Origin: Candidatus Diapherotrites archaeon CG10_big_fil_rev_8_21_14_0_10_31_34
Lineage (GTDB): Archaea > Iainarchaeota > Iainarchaeia > Iainarchaeales > 1-14-0-10-31-34
Assembly: GCA_002763225.1 (NCBI GenBank)
Contig: PFAI01000024.1
Location: forward strand, 1 to 10,757
Direction of reading: 5' to 3'
DNA length: 10,757 nucleotides
Made by a program: the position numbers and the translations under genes. Positions 1 through 7,926 of the stretch are shown here, one piece after another. How positions within the stretch are numbered: the first letter of the stretch is position 1; each line of letters starts with the position of its first letter. Below the pieces are notes generated by a model. It did no database searches. It was not told where the DNA came from and saw nothing but the letters and a program-made list of their open reading frames with translations.

Positions 1-943
1 TTAATTCATCAGTTTTTTTTGGCGGAACAAAAAAACCATTAAAGCCGTCAATTATGACTTCTTTTATTCCTCCAACTGAAGTTCCAATAACGGGTTTAGA
101 GCAGGCCATTGCTTCAATTAAAACTAATCCAAATGCCTCTGAAGCAATTGAAGGCAATACAAGCACATCACTTGAATTAATTATATCAACAACCTCTTTT
201 TCAGCTAAATTTTTAGCAAAAATAAGGTCAGCTGACACACCTATTTTTTGCGCAATGGAAGCATAATACTTGTATGTGGTGTCAAAAAAAGCAGGATTTT
301 CCTTTCCAACAAGCAAAAGCTTTTTATCTGGCTTTTTTATCCCTTTAAACGCACTAAATAGATAGGGGATTCCTTTATTTGACGCAAGCCTTCCCAAAAA
401 CAAAACAAGAAAAGCTTTTTCTGGTATTCCAAACTTTTTTCTTGAAGTCAAAGAGTTTTTTTGTTTTGGCATAAAAACAGTTAAATCAACTGAATCAGGG
501 ATTAACTCAATTTTTTTAAATCCTATTTCAGTAAGCTGATTAATTTCTTTTTCTGTTAAAGCAATCACTTTATCAAAATTCATTAATTTATGAAAAAAAA
601 AATTAATTTTTTCCCTGAACAAAGAAACATTGTAATCAAAATGAGGGGTAATAACACAGGGAATCCTCATTAATTTACAGGCAAACAAAGGAAAAAAATT
701 TATTATTCTGAATCCATGAAAATGAACTATTTCTGGTTTGAGTTTAATTAAAGTTAAAGCAGTTTTTATTCCAAAAGAAAAACCTTTTGAATTAAATTTA
801 AATAAGTTTTCTGTCAAACCATTCTGGTTTAAAACAAAAACTTTATGGCCTTTAGAAGAAAAAATTTTACGAAAATTTTCAATTACTTTTTCTATTCCTC
901 CAATATTTGAAGGATATTGCTTTGAAATAAATGCAATCTTCAA
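1..943 (-). CDS. Glycosyltransferase family 4 (GT-B, retaining), 3'-truncated by the window edge
   Basis: Not in the ORF track because it has no stop codon inside the window. TTG start at 943-941 overlaps the TGA of the upstream gene (TTGA, 4 bp). My translation reads MKIAFISKQYPSNIGGIEKVI...IVHFHG...PCVITPH...VLFLGRLASNKG...DVLVLPSIASEAFGLVLIEAMACSKPVIGTSVGGIKEVIIDGFNGFFVPPKKTDEL. It has the GG-x-E N-terminal motif, GR...KG and E-x7-E. Confidence 0.93.
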   Translation of the reverse strand, partial: MKIAFISKQYPSNIGGIEKVIENFRKIFSSKGHKVFVLNQNGLTENLFKFNSKGFSFGIKTALTLIKLKPEIVHFHGFRIINFFPLFACKLMRIPCVITPHFDYNVSLFREKINFFFHKLMNFDKVIALTEKEINQLTEIGFKKIELIPDSVDLTVFMPKQKNSLTSRKKFGIPEKAFLVLFLGRLASNKGIPYLFSAFKGIKKPDKKLLLVGKENPAFFDTTYKYYASIAQKIGVSADLIFAKNLAEKEVVDIINSSDVLVLPSIASEAFGLVLIEAMACSKPVIGTSVGGIKEVIIDGFNGFFVPPKKTDEL

Positions 944-2145
944 TTTAACACTTTCCTGTAAACTTTAATTATTTTATCTGAAACAACATCCCAGTTTAAT
1001 TCTTTCTGCACTTTTTTAAAACCATTTAAAGAAATTTTTTTCATTAAATTTTCGTCATCTAAAATGCTGACAATTTTTTTCTCTAAGTCTTTTGAGTTTC
1101 CTGCTTCAAAAAGCAGTCCATCAACTCCGTTAATGATTAAATCAGTGAAGCCCCCTAAATTTGATGCAATAACCGGTTTTTTTGAAGCCATTGCTTCGGT
1201 TACAACAGAAGAACATGGTTCAGGCCAAAGAGAAGGAACAACAATTATATCGGAAAAAGGAATAAATATTTCTCTGACTTTTTTGTTTGAAACTTCAGGA
1301 AAAAGCAAAACATCATTAATATTTTTTTCATCAACAAATTCATTGAATTCTTTTAAATAATCCTGGTTTGCATAACTGTAAACAAAAATAAATTCTGCAT
1401 TAATGTTTTTTGCTGTTTCAAGTAAAACTTTTGCTCCTTTTTCTGGAATCATAGAACCAATAAAAAGGATTTTTTTTTTCAAAGAATTAAATCTGAATTC
1501 AGTTAAACCATTTGGATTAGGAAAAAAGCCTTCAATTGAAGCAACATTTGGAATAACTGTAATGCTTTTTTCTTTTTTCAGTTTAATTGAATTTTTTACA
1601 TCATTGCTGACTGCAATAATTTCATTGCATTTTTCTGCAATGCTTCTTAACAATCTTCTCTTGAATTTCATTACAGATTTATTTGAATTCATGCATTTAG
1701 AACATTTTTCTATTTCATATCCAATACAGATTTTTCCGTCATGATATCTTCTTCCTTTAACGCAGTTAATCCAGTTTCCGTGAATAGTTAAAATTATGGG
1801 GATTCTGAAAAGCTTTAACGGCAAAACTGAAAGCAAAGAAAAAGGACCATGAACATGAATTAAATCATACTTGTTTTTTGCTTGAAGAATTAATGCTTTA
1901 ATAAAAAAAGGCCAAACAAGATTTTTTCCTTTAAATGAAAGCTCTTGCTGGTTTTTTATTCCAGTGTAGACTCTGAAAACATTAATTGATTCAACTGACT
2001 CAAAAGAACTTGTTTTGCCTATTTTTGAGGTTAAAACATCAACTTGATGCCCTTTTTTTTGAAGCTGTTTAGATAAGTTTAGAACATGCTGTTCTATTCC
2101 TCCTAAAGAAGGAAAAAAAGCAGGAGTAACCATTAAGATTTTCAT
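940..2145 (-). CDS. Glycosyltransferase family 4 with Cys-rich insert
   Basis: 401 aa. Motifs: MKILMVTPAFFPSLGGIEQH, DLIHVHG, ILTIHG, ILFIGSMIPEKG, and VVPSLWPEPCSSVVTEAMASKKPVIASNLGG (E-x7-E). ATGA overlap with the methyltransferase stop. Confidence 0.95.
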   Translation of the reverse strand: MKILMVTPAFFPSLGGIEQHVLNLSKQLQKKGHQVDVLTSKIGKTSSFESVESINVFRVYTGIKNQQELSFKGKNLVWPFFIKALILQAKNKYDLIHVHGPFSLLSVLPLKLFRIPIILTIHGNWINCVKGRRYHDGKICIGYEIEKCSKCMNSNKSVMKFKRRLLRSIAEKCNEIIAVSNDVKNSIKLKKEKSITVIPNVASIEGFFPNPNGLTEFRFNSLKKKILFIGSMIPEKGAKVLLETAKNINAEFIFVYSYANQDYLKEFNEFVDEKNINDVLLFPEVSNKKVREIFIPFSDIIVVPSLWPEPCSSVVTEAMASKKPVIASNLGGFTDLIINGVDGLLFEAGNSKDLEKKIVSILDDENLMKKISLNGFKKVQKELNWDVVSDKIIKVYRKVLN

Positions 2146-2831
2146 TGTTTTTTCCTCGCTTTAATTATTACACTTAAAGAAAGAGTTGGAAAAAAATCTG
2201 CTAATACACTTTCAAGTCTGTAAAGCAAAGGAAATTCAATTTTGTCGCTGATTCTTAATAATTCAGAAGTTTTTTCTTCAATTTTAAATCCATGCTGAGT
2301 TAATTGTTTTTCAAGCAATTCAAATGTATAAGCACGAATATGCCCTCCGCTTAAAAAGTAATCCAGATTCAAAGGCTTTTTTCCTATCAATAAAAGAAAC
2401 CTGTTTCCAATCCAAGCAGTATTTGGAGTTGAAATTACAAGAAAGCCGTTTGGTTTAAGAATTCTGTTTAATTCTGAAACAAAAAAATCTGTGTCAAAAA
2501 TATGTTCAATTATTTCTCCTGCAAAAACCACGTCAAAAGAATTATTTTTGAATGGAAAAGGTTTTTCAAAATCAAATTTAATGGATTTAATGCCTTTCTT
2601 TTTTGTTTCAATTAAAGCACTGGAAATGTCTGCTCCAAAAACATTCCATCCTTTTTTTTCCAGCTCTAAAGAAAATTCTCCTTTAATACAGCCTAAATCC
2701 AGTAATTTTCCCCGTTTTTCTTTATTAATCATTACAAAAATTTTTCTTAGTCTTTCATTGAAATGCAAATCAACAGGCAGATCAGCATATCGTTCTCCCT
2801 GAAACTCTGAAACTGATTTATTTTCTTTCAT
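2142..2831 (-). CDS. Class I SAM-dependent methyltransferase (Methyltransf_11/23-like), probable glycan-modifying
   Basis: 229 aa. Motif I LLDLGCIKG, acidic GADIS, and PFPFKNNSFDVVFAGEIIEHI...RILKPNGFLVISTPN. GGGGAG SD-like motif upstream. Confidence 0.92.
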   Translation of the reverse strand: MKENKSVSEFQGERYADLPVDLHFNERLRKIFVMINKEKRGKLLDLGCIKGEFSLELEKKGWNVFGADISSALIETKKKGIKSIKFDFEKPFPFKNNSFDVVFAGEIIEHIFDTDFFVSELNRILKPNGFLVISTPNTAWIGNRFLLLIGKKPLNLDYFLSGGHIRAYTFELLEKQLTQHGFKIEEKTSELLRISDKIEFPLLYRLESVLADFFPTLSLSVIIKARKKQ

Positions 2832-3930
2832 TTAATAACTCCCCAAAAAAATTAATGTATTTTTCAGCAATATTCTCCCATAAAAATTCGCTTTTAATCT
2901 TTTTAAATCCGTTTAATCCAAGTTCCTGCGCTTTTTTTGGGTTATCCAAAAGAAACTTGATTTTTTCTGCAAGGTCTTCAGAGTTATTTGATTCAAATTT
3001 TATTCCAACAAAATCATCCACTATTTCTTTTAGACCTCCTACATCAGAGACAATAACAGGTTTTTTGCAGGCCATTGCCTCTAAAGTTGAAACAGAAACT
3101 GGTTCAAAAAAAGAAGGCAAAACATAAATTTCACAGGAATTAATCAAAGCATTTTTTTCTTTTCCTTTAATCCAGCCTAAAAACTTTGTGTTTAAAAGAT
3201 TTTTTTCTTTAATTAATTTAATTAATTTTTTTTCCATTGGCCCTTTTCCTCCAATCAAAAAAACCGCGTTTTCTTTTTGAAGTTTTTCTGCTGCTTTAAC
3301 AAAAAGCAAAGGATTTTTCTGGAGTTCAATTCTGGCTAAAAACAAAACAATTTTTTTTGGATACTTTGATTTGATTTTATTTATTTCTTTTTCTTCTGAA
3401 AAAAAGTTTTGCGGATTAACTCCATTATGGATTACAATGCATTTTGCTTTGGTTTTATTTTTCATTCTGTTTAATTCATTTTTATTCAAAAAAATTAAGC
3501 CATCTGCTTTTTTCATTGCTTTTTCCTGAAAAAATGAGTCAACTTTTAATGCAAGCTTGAATTGTTTGCCAAACCAAGGAGTAAATTTTGCTCTCTCAAA
3601 AAAATTATCATGAATTACAGCTGTTTTGAGGATATTCCATTTGCTGAGAAAAAAAAGTGTTTCAGCCATTGAAGATAAAACTAAATCAAATTTTTTTGGG
3701 TTAACCTGTTCTGAGACTGCTTTGCCAAAAAAAAATCTGTTGACAAAACCAAAAGGATAGTCAATGAATTTAAACTGGTTTATTTTAATGCAGGGAAAAT
3801 CAAGGAATTTTCCTGAAAGGTTTGCAACAGTTATTTCATGCCCTTTGCTTTTCAGTTCCTGCACTAATTCGTAATATGCAAGAGAAACAATTTCATTGAA
3901 ATCTTCTCTGATTAAATAAAGGATTTTCAT
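2818..3930 (-). CDS. Glycosyltransferase family 4
   Basis: Motifs: VIHNGVN, VLFLARIELQKN, IGGKGP, FLGW, and YVLPSFFEPVSVSTLEAMACKKPVIVSDVGGLKE. I prefer the ATG at 3930 (MKILYL, parallel to the MKIL/MKIA starts of neighbouring GT4s). In-frame TTGs at 3936 and 3951 (the ORF-track start) are alternatives. Confidence 0.93.
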   Translation of the reverse strand: MKILYLIREDFNEIVSLAYYELVQELKSKGHEITVANLSGKFLDFPCIKINQFKFIDYPFGFVNRFFFGKAVSEQVNPKKFDLVLSSMAETLFFLSKWNILKTAVIHDNFFERAKFTPWFGKQFKLALKVDSFFQEKAMKKADGLIFLNKNELNRMKNKTKAKCIVIHNGVNPQNFFSEEKEINKIKSKYPKKIVLFLARIELQKNPLLFVKAAEKLQKENAVFLIGGKGPMEKKLIKLIKEKNLLNTKFLGWIKGKEKNALINSCEIYVLPSFFEPVSVSTLEAMACKKPVIVSDVGGLKEIVDDFVGIKFESNNSEDLAEKIKFLLDNPKKAQELGLNGFKKIKSEFLWENIAEKYINFFGELLNERK

Positions 3931-3937
3931 TTTCAAT

Positions 3938-4834
3938 TCATTTCCCTTCAATTGAAGAAATAACTTTTTTTAATCCTTCTTCCAGAGAAGTTTTGCAGGT
4001 TAACCCGATTAATTCCTGTAAATAAGAAGCAGAAAAAGGGCTTCTTTCCTGTTCTAATTCCTCTAAACCTGAAGGAAAATTATCTTTAATTATTTCAGAT
4101 TTAGAGTTAGTTAATTTTTTGACAAGTTTAGCTAAATCTTTGATGCTTGTCTGGACTCCTGTCCCGATATTAACTGTTCTGGAAAAAGTATTCTCAGAAA
4201 AAGCTGAAGCAATCGTTGCCTTTGATACATCGCCAACATAAGTAAAATCCCTTTTTTGTTTTCCGTCACCAAAAATAACTAAAGGAGAACTCTGAATTGC
4301 ATTCCTTAAAAAGAAAGGTATAACCATTTCATCTGACTGATTTTCGCCGTAAACATTATAGTATCTTACAATAATGTATCCGGTATTATTTTCTTTATGG
4401 AATTCTTTAATGAAATATTCTCCCATTAATTTTGCTGTAGGATAAGAAAGATAATGGTTTAAAGGAATCTTTGAAAAATTAAGCCAGTTCTTGAATTTTT
4501 CACTTACCAATCCAGTAGAAGAATAAATCACTTTTTTAACATTGTTTTGAAGAGAATAATTCAGTACATTAAATAAACCGGTTAACTCTGTGTGGATTAC
4601 ATTAACCGGATTGCCTGTATTGTATGTTCCGCCGCCAATTGAAGCAAAATGAAAAACATAATCAAACTTTCCAACTGAATCAATCCAGTCTTTTTCTGTT
4701 ACATCAAAAACCAGTGAATCAAAATCATTGTTTTTAACTAAATCCATTAAAACAACTTTATGTTCTTTAGATAAATCAAAAGCAACCCGGTTTCCAATCA
4801 AACCGTTTCCGCCTGTAATAAGAATTTTAGACAT
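3938..4834 (-). CDS. NAD-dependent nucleotide-sugar epimerase/dehydratase family protein (extended SDR)
   Basis: 298 aa. Rossmann motif ILITGGNGLIG, VFHFAS, YSST, catalytic YxxxK (Y131-PTA-K135), RYYNVYG, IFGDGKQKRDFTYVGD, NIGTG and SLEEGL. Confidence 0.93.
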   Translation of the reverse strand: MSKILITGGNGLIGNRVAFDLSKEHKVVLMDLVKNNDFDSLVFDVTEKDWIDSVGKFDYVFHFASIGGGTYNTGNPVNVIHTELTGLFNVLNYSLQNNVKKVIYSSTGLVSEKFKNWLNFSKIPLNHYLSYPTAKLMGEYFIKEFHKENNTGYIIVRYYNVYGENQSDEMVIPFFLRNAIQSSPLVIFGDGKQKRDFTYVGDVSKATIASAFSENTFSRTVNIGTGVQTSIKDLAKLVKKLTNSKSEIIKDNFPSGLEELEQERSPFSASYLQELIGLTCKTSLEEGLKKVISSIEGK

Positions 4835-4842
4835 CTGATTAA

Positions 4843-5712
4843 TTACTTAATTAAATCAATAAAAGCTTTTCCTGTTCCAAAAACCCTTCCGGCAAAAATT
4901 GAATAAAATTCAATTAAAAAACCCTTTAATGAAAGCTTTTTTTTCAGTAAATCCTGAAAAGACCGTTTTAAATCATTTAACAAAAAAGGAAAGTCATTTA
5001 ATAAAAGCAAAGGCAAAAAAAACAGGGAATTAAAATTTTTTAAAGCAAAATAATACTTGAATTTTCCAAAACCAAACTTGTTTCCAAACCTTGCATTGCT
5101 TTTAATGAAATGACGTACAATTGCATTAGGATTAACTGCAATTTTGAATCCGGCTTTTTGAATTCTCCAGGATAAATCAATTTCATCAAAATAAAAAATA
5201 AAATTCTCGTCTTCAAAATTAACTTTTTGCAAAACTTTTTTGGATAAAGCCATATTACAGCCATGCAATACAATAAAATCATTTTTTTCCAGTTTTTTTG
5301 GGTTGACTTTAATTAAACCAAATTTATTGCAGACCCATAACCTATTTTCAGTTGTTTTGCCTTCAAAATATTCAATACTTTTGCCTGAAACAGCACCAAT
5401 TTCAGCTGAAACAAAAGAAGAAACAATTTCTTTTAACCAGTTTTTTTCTGCTACAGCATCATCATCAATAAAAGCGATTATTTCCCCTTTAGCTTTTTTT
5501 ATTCCAGTATTTCTTGCTGCAGCCAAACCTTTATGTTCTTGATTAATTAAACAAAAACCTTTTTCTGTTAAATTTATTTTTGCCCCGTCATTTACCACAA
5601 TTAATTCAAAGTTTTTATAAGAAGAATTCAAAACAGAATCAATGGCTTTTCTAATTTCTCTTTGCCCAATAGTAGTAATTACAACTGAAACCAAAGGATT
5701 ATTTGTTTTCAA
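4843..5712 (-). CDS. Glycosyltransferase family 2 (GT-A, inverting)
   Basis: 289 aa, TTG start preceded by GAGGCG. Motifs: VSVVITT, ELIVVNDG, GLAAARNTG, AFIDDDA (DxD), GCNMAL, YFDEIDLSWR. The C-terminus is hydrophobic/amphipathic. Confidence 0.94.
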   Translation of the reverse strand: MKTNNPLVSVVITTIGQREIRKAIDSVLNSSYKNFELIVVNDGAKINLTEKGFCLINQEHKGLAAARNTGIKKAKGEIIAFIDDDAVAEKNWLKEIVSSFVSAEIGAVSGKSIEYFEGKTTENRLWVCNKFGLIKVNPKKLEKNDFIVLHGCNMALSKKVLQKVNFEDENFIFYFDEIDLSWRIQKAGFKIAVNPNAIVRHFIKSNARFGNKFGFGKFKYYFALKNFNSLFFLPLLLLNDFPFLLNDLKRSFQDLLKKKLSLKGFLIEFYSIFAGRVFGTGKAFIDLIK

Positions 5713-6808
5713 CTAAAAACGCCTCAATTAACTTAATGTTTTTTTCTAAATCAAAGTTTTCCACTGCAATAGTTCTTGCAGTCAAAAATAAGTTCTGCAG
5801 TTCTTTTTTTGAAATCTTTTTTGTTTTCTCAAAATTAATTCCTGCTTTCCCTGACTGAATTAAAGGACCATTTACTTCAGGAACTAATACAACAAGCCCG
5901 CAGGAAAGATATTCAGAAATTTTCATCATAAAACTGGAGTCAGCAAAAGGAAAACCAAATTTTTTTAAATAAACTCCTGCATCAAAAGCAGGAATTATTT
6001 CAGCAAGTTTCTGGTTTTCAATTCCTTTAAGAAAAACAATTTTTTTCTCTAAACTCCTGTTTTTTATTTCTTCAAGAAAGTTTTTGTTTCTGGCAGGAGA
6101 AATAATGTGCAGAACACAGTTATTTGATTTCAAAAAATCAAAGAAAGGGAGAAAATCAATTAAATCACATGAAGAGCTCAGATAAAGCAAATTAATTTTT
6201 TCCTGAGGCAAATTTAGTTGGTTATTTTTAGTTGGAACAAATTTTTTTGTGTTAACTGGAGCAGGAAAAAAAGTTTTTGGAATTTTTGCCTGAATAAGCT
6301 TGTTTTGCTCAGGGCTTAAAGAAATAACTCCGTTTGAATGCTCCACTAAAAGTAGTTGCTGTTCTTTAGAACAGCCCATAAAAGAAGAAACAAAATTTTC
6401 TTTTTCAGTTAATCCTTCAATAAAAACAAAAAAAGGGGTTTTTCTTTTTTTTAACTCTAAAGCAATTTTTAAATAAAAATGTGATTGAATTAAAGGCTTT
6501 AAATTAAACCAAAAAGAATTTCCGTTAAAAGCAGGGAGCTTTATTATTACTGCATCAAATTTTTCTTTATTTAAAAGAGAAAAAAGTTTTTTAAAAGAAA
6601 AAAAGGAAGTTAAAGGAAAAGAAAAAACTTTAGTGTAAAACCAGAAATGCAATGGAGCATGAATTTTAATTTTATCTGAACTGCCGTGACAGACTGCATG
6701 AACTTCATGGCCTTTTTCAGCTAATCCTTCAGCCATTCTTTTTAATAAAAGTGAGTCTCCTTTAAAGAAATCAAGGTTAACTCTTTCAGCAAAAAAAAGA
6801 ATTTTCAT
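5699..6808 (-). CDS. Divergent GT4-like (GT-B) glycosyltransferase
   Basis: 369 aa. N-terminal MKILFF...GD...MAEGLAEKGHEVHAVC, then PAPVNTKKF and FDAGVY...MKISEYLSCGLVVL (K-x-x-E-Y variant of the GT4 C-terminal motif). GGTGA upstream, ATGA overlap with the upstream gene. Confidence 0.8.
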   Translation of the reverse strand: MKILFFAERVNLDFFKGDSLLLKRMAEGLAEKGHEVHAVCHGSSDKIKIHAPLHFWFYTKVFSFPLTSFFSFKKLFSLLNKEKFDAVIIKLPAFNGNSFWFNLKPLIQSHFYLKIALELKKRKTPFFVFIEGLTEKENFVSSFMGCSKEQQLLLVEHSNGVISLSPEQNKLIQAKIPKTFFPAPVNTKKFVPTKNNQLNLPQEKINLLYLSSSCDLIDFLPFFDFLKSNNCVLHIISPARNKNFLEEIKNRSLEKKIVFLKGIENQKLAEIIPAFDAGVYLKKFGFPFADSSFMMKISEYLSCGLVVLVPEVNGPLIQSGKAGINFEKTKKISKKELQNLFLTARTIAVENFDLEKNIKLIEAFLVENK

Positions 6809-7905
6809 TTTTTCACCATAATTTTATTGAAAAATAACTCAAATTCTTTGATTGAATTAATAAAAGAAAAATTTTCTTCAACTTTTTTTCTTGCATTTAA
6901 TCCAAAAAAAATTCTTTTGTTTTCATCTTTAATTAATTCATTTAATCTTTTTTCAAACATTTTTTTATCTTTTTGGTTTACAAGAAAACCATTTAAGTTG
7001 TTGTCAATTATTTCTGTTGTGCCTCCGGCAGAAAAAGCAATGCAGGGAGTAAAACAGGCCATTGCTTCAACTAAAACCATCCCAAATGATTCCTGAGAAG
7101 AAGGAAGAAGTAAAACTGAAGCAGAAGAAAATTCCCTGATTAAATCTTTCCTTGAAAGATTTGGCTTAAACAAAATTCTTTTATTTGATTCAGCAAGCAG
7201 GGAAATTTTTTTAAAGTATTTTTTTTCTTCTGAAGAAAAAGGTTCCGGGCAGCCAAACTCAAAAACCCATTCCCTGAATTCTTTTTGTTCTGCAAGCTTA
7301 ATCAGCAAGTCTATTCCTTTATGCTTTACAAGCCTTCCGACAAAAAGAATTTTTCTTTCTTTTTTTGCGGGATTTAAAGGAAACTCTTTCAGGTTAATGA
7401 AATTTGAAACAAGAAAAAGTTTTGCCGGATTAACCCCTGTTTTGATTAAAATGGATTCTTTAATGAATTTGCTTGAAGCAATAACATAATCTGAATTTTT
7501 AACACTAAATGCTGCAAGAAAATCATAAAACTTGTTTCTTGGCTTAACCCATGGGTTATGATTGAATTCATGGTAAACTAAAGGAATTCTTTTTAGTTTT
7601 GACAGGATTAACCCTGCAAAAATCATTGAACAGCCTGAAACATAAATTAAATCAGATTTTTTAAATAAAGTTTTAAATAAAACAAATAAACTGAAAAAAA
7701 AACCATTAGTTTTTTTTGACGGAAACCTTTCAATTACAAAATTCTGTTTTGATTTAATTGACTGATCAACAGAAAAATAAGTTATTTCAAATCCTTTATC
7801 AGATAAACCTTTAGCAATATTAAATGAAAGATATTCTATTGCCCCGCCATTGTTTGCCGGCACCCCTAAAAACTGTGTTCCAATCATACAGATTTTTTTT
7901 GTCAT
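6805..7905 (-). CDS. Glycosyltransferase family 4
   Basis: 366 aa. Motifs: VPANNGGAIE, ILFVGRLVKHKGID, and LLPSSQESFGMVLVEAMACFTPCIAFSAGGTTEII (E-x7-E). Confidence 0.95.
   Translation of the reverse strand: MTKKICMIGTQFLGVPANNGGAIEYLSFNIAKGLSDKGFEITYFSVDQSIKSKQNFVIERFPSKKTNGFFFSLFVLFKTLFKKSDLIYVSGCSMIFAGLILSKLKRIPLVYHEFNHNPWVKPRNKFYDFLAAFSVKNSDYVIASSKFIKESILIKTGVNPAKLFLVSNFINLKEFPLNPAKKERKILFVGRLVKHKGIDLLIKLAEQKEFREWVFEFGCPEPFSSEEKKYFKKISLLAESNKRILFKPNLSRKDLIREFSSASVLLLPSSQESFGMVLVEAMACFTPCIAFSAGGTTEIIDNNLNGFLVNQKDKKMFEKRLNELIKDENKRIFFGLNARKKVEENFSFINSIKEFELFFNKIMVKK
6813..6817 (-). promoter_or_regulatory. Shine-Dalgarno-like motif GGTGA for the gene starting at 6808
   Basis: The minus strand reads atGGTGAaaaaATG. 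GGTGA is complementary to the UCACC part of the 16S rRNA 3' end. Confidence 0.55.
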
Positions 7906-7926
7906 AAATAAATTACTTCATTTAAA

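Noticed and set aside
593..3735. Long homopolymer runs in GT genes (A10 at 593-602, T10 at 1470-1479, A9 at 3727-3735) as possible phase-variation tracts
   Set aside because: Runs of 7-10 A/T occur throughout the window because of Lys (AAA) and Phe (TTT) codons, and all frames are intact. Read-level length heterogeneity would be needed to support phase variation.
5040..5282. 80-aa alternative-frame minus-strand ORF inside the GT2 gene
   Set aside because: It is fully nested in a conserved GT2 catalytic region, with no motif or clear SD. Most likely a chance frame.
102..7088. Near-identical 34-nt segments at 102-135 and 7055-7088 (30/34 identical), with shorter echoes near 1187 and 3069
   Set aside because: They encode the conserved GT4 motif FGxVLxEAMAC. 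Protein constraint plus codon bias explains the match, so this is not a DNA repeat element.
7906..7926. AT-rich 21-bp gap as an internal promoter or terminator
   Set aside because: TATA-like words are present but are expected by chance at this AT content. There is no hairpin or clear T-tract on the coding strand.
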